NCBI GenBank assembly: GCA_964602245.1
Contig: CAZRPY010000002.1
Span: forward strand, 49,833-113,832
DNA length: 64,000 nt
DNA from: an uncultured Methanosarcinales archaeon
GTDB lineage: Archaea > Nanobdellota > Nanobdellia > Woesearchaeales > JACPIF01
Direction: 5' to 3'
Shown here: positions 60,085 to 64,000 of the stretch, piece by piece
Position numbering within the stretch: the stretch's first letter is position 1
Layout: each line of letters starts with the position of its first letter
Notes under the pieces: model-generated
What the model was told of the DNA's origin: nothing
The model's database searches: none
Seen by the model: the letters and a program-made list of their open reading frames with translations, nothing else
Position numbers and translations under genes: made by a program

Positions 60085-60882
60085 TTGGGGGTGGTATTAA
60101 TGCCTGCTACTGTAACTGTTGATAAAAATGTTGTTCAGGAAAAGGTTAAGGATATGTATACAAAGGTTGCTCTTAGCCCAGGAAAGTTAGAGAATATACA
60201 TTTTGAGATGGGAAGGATTTTGGCTGAGAAACTTGGCTATCCAGAACATGATTTAGATAAAATTCCTAAAGAGGCTGTTGATTCCTTTGCTGGTGTTGGC
60301 TATCATCTTGGCTTTGCTAACTTAAAGGAAGGAGATGCAGTCCTAGATTTAGGCAGTGGATCTGGCACAGACTTGTTTATAGCAGCTTTAAAGGTTGGAA
60401 AAAGTGGCAAAGCAATTGGCTTGGACATGACAGATGCACAATTGGAAAAGGCTAGAAAGCTAATGCTGAAATATGGCTATAAAAATGTTGAATTAAAGGA
60501 AGCTTATATTGAAGATATGCCATTTGATGATGAATCTTTTGACGTAGTTATAAGCAATGGTGTTATTAATCTGTCCACAGAGAAAGAGAAAGTGTTCAAA
60601 GAAATTTGTAGAATTCTAAAGAAAAATGGGAGGATGGCTATTTCTGATATAATTAGCGAGAGACAGCTCAGTGATAGAGTTGTTGGAGATCCAACATTAT
60701 GGGCAGAATGCATTGGAGGAGCAATGCAGCAGGATGAATATAGAACTTCAATTGAGGATAGTGGACTCGTATTGAAAGAAGTAAGAGATAACCCACAGTA
60801 TAAATTCCTTAATCCAGACACCCAGAAAGGTGCAGATAAGTACGGAGTAAAGAGTGTATCTATTCTAGCTGTGAAACCTTAG
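60085..60882 (+). CDS. SAM-dependent methyltransferase, ArsM-like
   Basis: VLDLGSGSGTD motif I, ISDIIS and C-terminal cysteine-containing WAECIGGAM segment reminiscent of arsenite methyltransferases. Confidence 0.6.
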   Translation: MGVVLMPATVTVDKNVVQEKVKDMYTKVALSPGKLENIHFEMGRILAEKLGYPEHDLDKIPKEAVDSFAGVGYHLGFANLKEGDAVLDLGSGSGTDLFIAALKVGKSGKAIGLDMTDAQLEKARKLMLKYGYKNVELKEAYIEDMPFDDESFDVVISNGVINLSTEKEKVFKEICRILKKNGRMAISDIISERQLSDRVVGDPTLWAECIGGAMQQDEYRTSIEDSGLVLKEVRDNPQYKFLNPDTQKGADKYGVKSVSILAVKP

Positions 60883-61925
60883 AGATGGACTTTTGCTTTA
60901 GGATAGTTGTCTAAAAATCCTGTGTATAAAGTTCCTTGATATCTAACGTTAAGTAACTGGGCTCGAGGATGTACCTCAATGAATGCGTTAGATAGTTCAA
61001 CAGAGGTATCATAATCTTTCTTAATTCCATCAGATCTTGTTAAATTTAAATTTCCTGTTATTCTAGCAAATTCTGCAAATAAATGTAAATGATGAGAGAT
61101 AGGATTACCATCTGGATCTAAAAATACTGATTTCTTTTTAATACGCATCTTCATTTGTCCAATTCCAGTAATATGTGCTTTTCTTAAATCATAGTATGGT
61201 TGATCATCTATCATAATCTTTTGTCCTCTAAATAGCGATAAAAGTCTTTTATCAAAGTGTACATTTGTATCTATTTTTCCCTCTAAATTTGTTTCATAGT
61301 CTCTAGGAAATTCAAAATATTTTTGTCTAGAATATTTGAAATCCATTTCTAAAGGACTATCAAATTTGGTTAAAAATACGAAATCTTCTGATTTATAATA
61401 ATACCATAAGTCATGAGCGTGTTTTATTAATTTTCTTAATTTTTTATCTTCATTATACCATTTGGATATGAGAATATTATCCCCATCTTCATCTTGTAAT
61501 GTGATACGAATAGTGCCTACATTTGGTCTCTCCCAATTATGATATATTTTAACAAGTCCTTCCCAACTTTTGTAATTGTACCAGGGCCAAGCAAGTCCTT
61601 TAACATTTAATTTGATATTTTTTCTAAAATAATCCCTAAGCCTTTCGCTTGTGAGCACATAGAACTTGCCATTTTGCATGTAATCTTGTGATTGTATTCC
61701 TGGAAGTGAACTTAGTTTACCCTTCTTTAAATTAAGATAAATATTTTTCCCATCAACTTTTATTTGAGACCACTTTTGAGTTTCAAGCTCTACTGTAAAG
61801 TCTCCTTCTAATATCAATTCAAGAGGGGAAATAATACTAAAACCTTGTGGGATAACTAATTTAGGTTTATTTAAAGTTAAAATTTCAACTAGGCCTGAAC
61901 CATTTACAGAAACATTTGGTATCAT
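60879..61925 (-). CDS. hypothetical protein
   Basis: 348-aa ORF, no recognisable motif; 4-nt overlap with the methyltransferase gene end; downstream of 61937..62482 in the same orientation. Confidence 0.35.
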   Translation of the reverse strand: MIPNVSVNGSGLVEILTLNKPKLVIPQGFSIISPLELILEGDFTVELETQKWSQIKVDGKNIYLNLKKGKLSSLPGIQSQDYMQNGKFYVLTSERLRDYFRKNIKLNVKGLAWPWYNYKSWEGLVKIYHNWERPNVGTIRITLQDEDGDNILISKWYNEDKKLRKLIKHAHDLWYYYKSEDFVFLTKFDSPLEMDFKYSRQKYFEFPRDYETNLEGKIDTNVHFDKRLLSLFRGQKIMIDDQPYYDLRKAHITGIGQMKMRIKKKSVFLDPDGNPISHHLHLFAEFARITGNLNLTRSDGIKKDYDTSVELSNAFIEVHPRAQLLNVRYQGTLYTGFLDNYPKAKVHL

Positions 61926-61936
61926 TATGGTGATCT

Positions 61937-62482
61937 CTATTTGGGTGGGGTATTTAAAACATATGGCATATCAAAACTAAAACGCATTCCACTGCCATTG
62001 TTCAATCTAATCTCCACATTATCTATATCTAAATATACTTCTTTTTTATCACCACTTCTTACAACGACAAGTTTAGGAGATATAAGAGATAATAAATATT
62101 CCCTATTAAGAACACCTAACTCAGAAATAGCCCTTCCTCCAGTTAGATTCATTTCAAGCAAATCTTCAAGTGGTGTAACTTGAATAGCTCTAACAGGAAT
62201 TGATTTAGGATTATGGGGTGCAGCTGGGTCAATTTCGTATTCTACAATAGCACGTCCTTTTAAATCCAGCCACATTGGCAAATCGTGAGCAATATACAAG
62301 CTAGTAGGCTGTTTTACAAGATTGTCAACTTGTACATCTGTTGGTTTATCAAAATAAACCGATAGAGCCTGAGGAAGATCTATTCTTTGATGAGGTCCAA
62401 TTATAGAACTTAATACTTCTGGAGAGGCTCTTTTTTGGGGTATCAAAAATCTATTTTCTGGTTCAGCAGTTATTAAGACCAT
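61937..62482 (-). CDS. hypothetical protein
   Basis: 181-aa ORF, first gene of a two-gene minus-strand unit. Confidence 0.35.
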   Translation of the reverse strand: MVLITAEPENRFLIPQKRASPEVLSSIIGPHQRIDLPQALSVYFDKPTDVQVDNLVKQPTSLYIAHDLPMWLDLKGRAIVEYEIDPAAPHNPKSIPVRAIQVTPLEDLLEMNLTGGRAISELGVLNREYLLSLISPKLVVVRSGDKKEVYLDIDNVEIRLNNGSGMRFSFDMPYVLNTPPK

Positions 62483-62505
62483 ATTAGTCTACATTATTAG
62501 TTGAG

Positions 62506-63858
62506 CTATATAAATTTTTCTTTTTTCAGTTTTGATTTTTTATTAGTTGTTTTAGTGCCTTTGCCAGGATTAAACACAAAATAAGCCACAAGTCCTGCTA
62601 GAGCAAGCACAATACCATAAACAAATAGCCTGAACTCAAAGAAATAAAGCATTACTAAATTAGTTGTTATGCCAAGAAATGCAAGTACAGGGAATTTGCC
62701 AATGTTAAATGGAGCTTTAAATAGTCTTTTTGCCTTAGGTGCTCTATACCTCAAGAAGATTACAGAAAGATTAACAAACAGATAAACTGTAAATATTCCT
62801 AAATCTACTAGTGTTGCTACTTTCTTAATATTGCCTATCAGTAAGCCTAAGATTGCAAATACACCAATAGTTGCTACTGATATAAAAGGGGTTCCTCTCT
62901 TGCCTATTGTTGAGAAAAATGCAGGCAATAATTTATTGGAAGATAGGCCATACAATAAGCGTGATGATACAATTAACAATATTAGCACAGTATTAGAGGT
63001 TGCAAATAATGCTATTAAAGATAAGATAAATGAACTTTTAGGAACTACTTTTTCTGCAACCTCTGCTAATGGAGCTTTTGAGCTTGCAAGAGCTTCTGAG
63101 CCTAGGATACCTATTGCTGATATTGAAACTAGAATATAGATAAAAGCTGACACTGCTAATGAAAATAATAATGCCTTTGGTATAACTTTTCTTGGGTTTT
63201 TAGTCTCTTCTGAGATATTAACTAAATTTTCAAAGCCTATGAATGCAAAGAATATTACTGTAGTGGCTGTAAGAATTCCTGTAAAGCCAGTAGGAGTTTC
63301 CAGAAAATTAATTGATTGCAAGATATTATTTCTTGTTATATAATATATGCCTAATACTATTATTGCTATTAATCCAGATGTTTCTATTATAGTGGAGATG
63401 TCATTGTATTTTGCAGATTCTTTAATGCCTATATAGTTTATTATTGAAAGAGCAGATATAAGTATAAAGGCTATTACTAGAATATCTCCTCCAAACATGA
63501 AATGCCAGTAGCCTGCAAAACCTAATGCAACAGTTGTTGCAGATACAATACCTGTAAAGAGCATTATCCATTGCACAATGAAAGCTAATAATTTTTTCCT
63601 AAAAGCATGTTCTGTGTAAACATATTCAGCTGCCTCTTTTGGATACATTGAAGAAAGCTCTGCATAACTAAAGCCTGTAAATGCTGCAATTATTGCTCCT
63701 ATAAGAAATGAAATCCAGAGTGCATTGCCTGCAATACCTGCTCCAACACCAATTAATGCATAAATGCCTGCGCCTAGAATTATGCCTATGCCATATAAAG
63801 TAGCTTCAAATAAACCTACACCTCTTTTTAGCCTGTATTTCACTAATTTACCCTTCAC
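62506..63858 (-). CDS. APC-family amino acid permease
   Basis: 450 aa with about 12 hydrophobic helices; GxG-rich helix 1 (GLFEATLYGIGIILGAGIYALIG) typical of APC transporters. Confidence 0.8.
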   Translation of the reverse strand: MKGKLVKYRLKRGVGLFEATLYGIGIILGAGIYALIGVGAGIAGNALWISFLIGAIIAAFTGFSYAELSSMYPKEAAEYVYTEHAFRKKLLAFIVQWIMLFTGIVSATTVALGFAGYWHFMFGGDILVIAFILISALSIINYIGIKESAKYNDISTIIETSGLIAIIVLGIYYITRNNILQSINFLETPTGFTGILTATTVIFFAFIGFENLVNISEETKNPRKVIPKALLFSLAVSAFIYILVSISAIGILGSEALASSKAPLAEVAEKVVPKSSFILSLIALFATSNTVLILLIVSSRLLYGLSSNKLLPAFFSTIGKRGTPFISVATIGVFAILGLLIGNIKKVATLVDLGIFTVYLFVNLSVIFLRYRAPKAKRLFKAPFNIGKFPVLAFLGITTNLVMLYFFEFRLFVYGIVLALAGLVAYFVFNPGKGTKTTNKKSKLKKEKFI

Positions 63859-64000
63859 AAGTTAAGAATTATTAAGATGGGATTATAAAAAGGTTGCTAT
63901 ATTCTTTATGCAAACTTTGTAGCATCTAATTTTAGAACTGTAGCAACTAAAATGTCACTCACCATTTTTAGTGAGTCTTCATTCAGGTATTCACTTTTGT

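Overview
This is an AT-rich window of roughly 30-35% GC, carrying a few GC-richer islands, and it appears to be archaeal. Archaeal hallmarks include Pth2 peptidyl-tRNA hydrolase, class I LysRS, archaeal-type riboflavin synthase with CTP-dependent riboflavin kinase, ribosomal protein S3Ae, and tRNA genes with introns, one at a non-canonical position. Bacterial-flavoured genes are mixed in, namely GyrB, a bacterial-type ThrRS, class II FBA and TlpA/CcdA. By inference the source is probably a small-genome uncultivated archaeon, possibly DPANN-like. Gene content is dominated by four groups. First, a thiol-disulfide redox set: two glutaredoxin-like proteins, trxB, a frameshifted bcp, two TlpA-like proteins, ccdA, a thioredoxin lipoprotein and a DUF255 thioredoxin protein. 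Second, many toxin-antitoxin modules: three paralogous AbrB-PIN pairs, UPF0175-DUF3368, a RelE-like pair and DUF2283. Third, a MoxR-DUF58-VWA membrane cluster. Fourth, housekeeping genes: nadK, fba, rpiB, rpe, ribK-ribC-ribH, thrS, lysK, a purC-purE fusion, speB, speH, pth2, gyrB and rps3ae. The most striking signal is a family of at least 7 GC-rich, hairpin-rich elements of 110-260 nt bounded by TTGCAT...ATGCAAAT inverted ends. Every copy lies 40-60 nt upstream of a gene start and in that gene's orientation, and its hairpins show compensatory substitutions; it is a candidate novel structured sRNA, leader or MITE family. Other notable items are two intron-containing tRNAs, a free-standing LAGLIDADG homing endonuclease overlapping one of them antisense, an inverted-repeat-bracketed gene cassette, and three genes interrupted by a frameshift or in-frame stop. 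No rRNA, CRISPR array or obvious prophage is visible.
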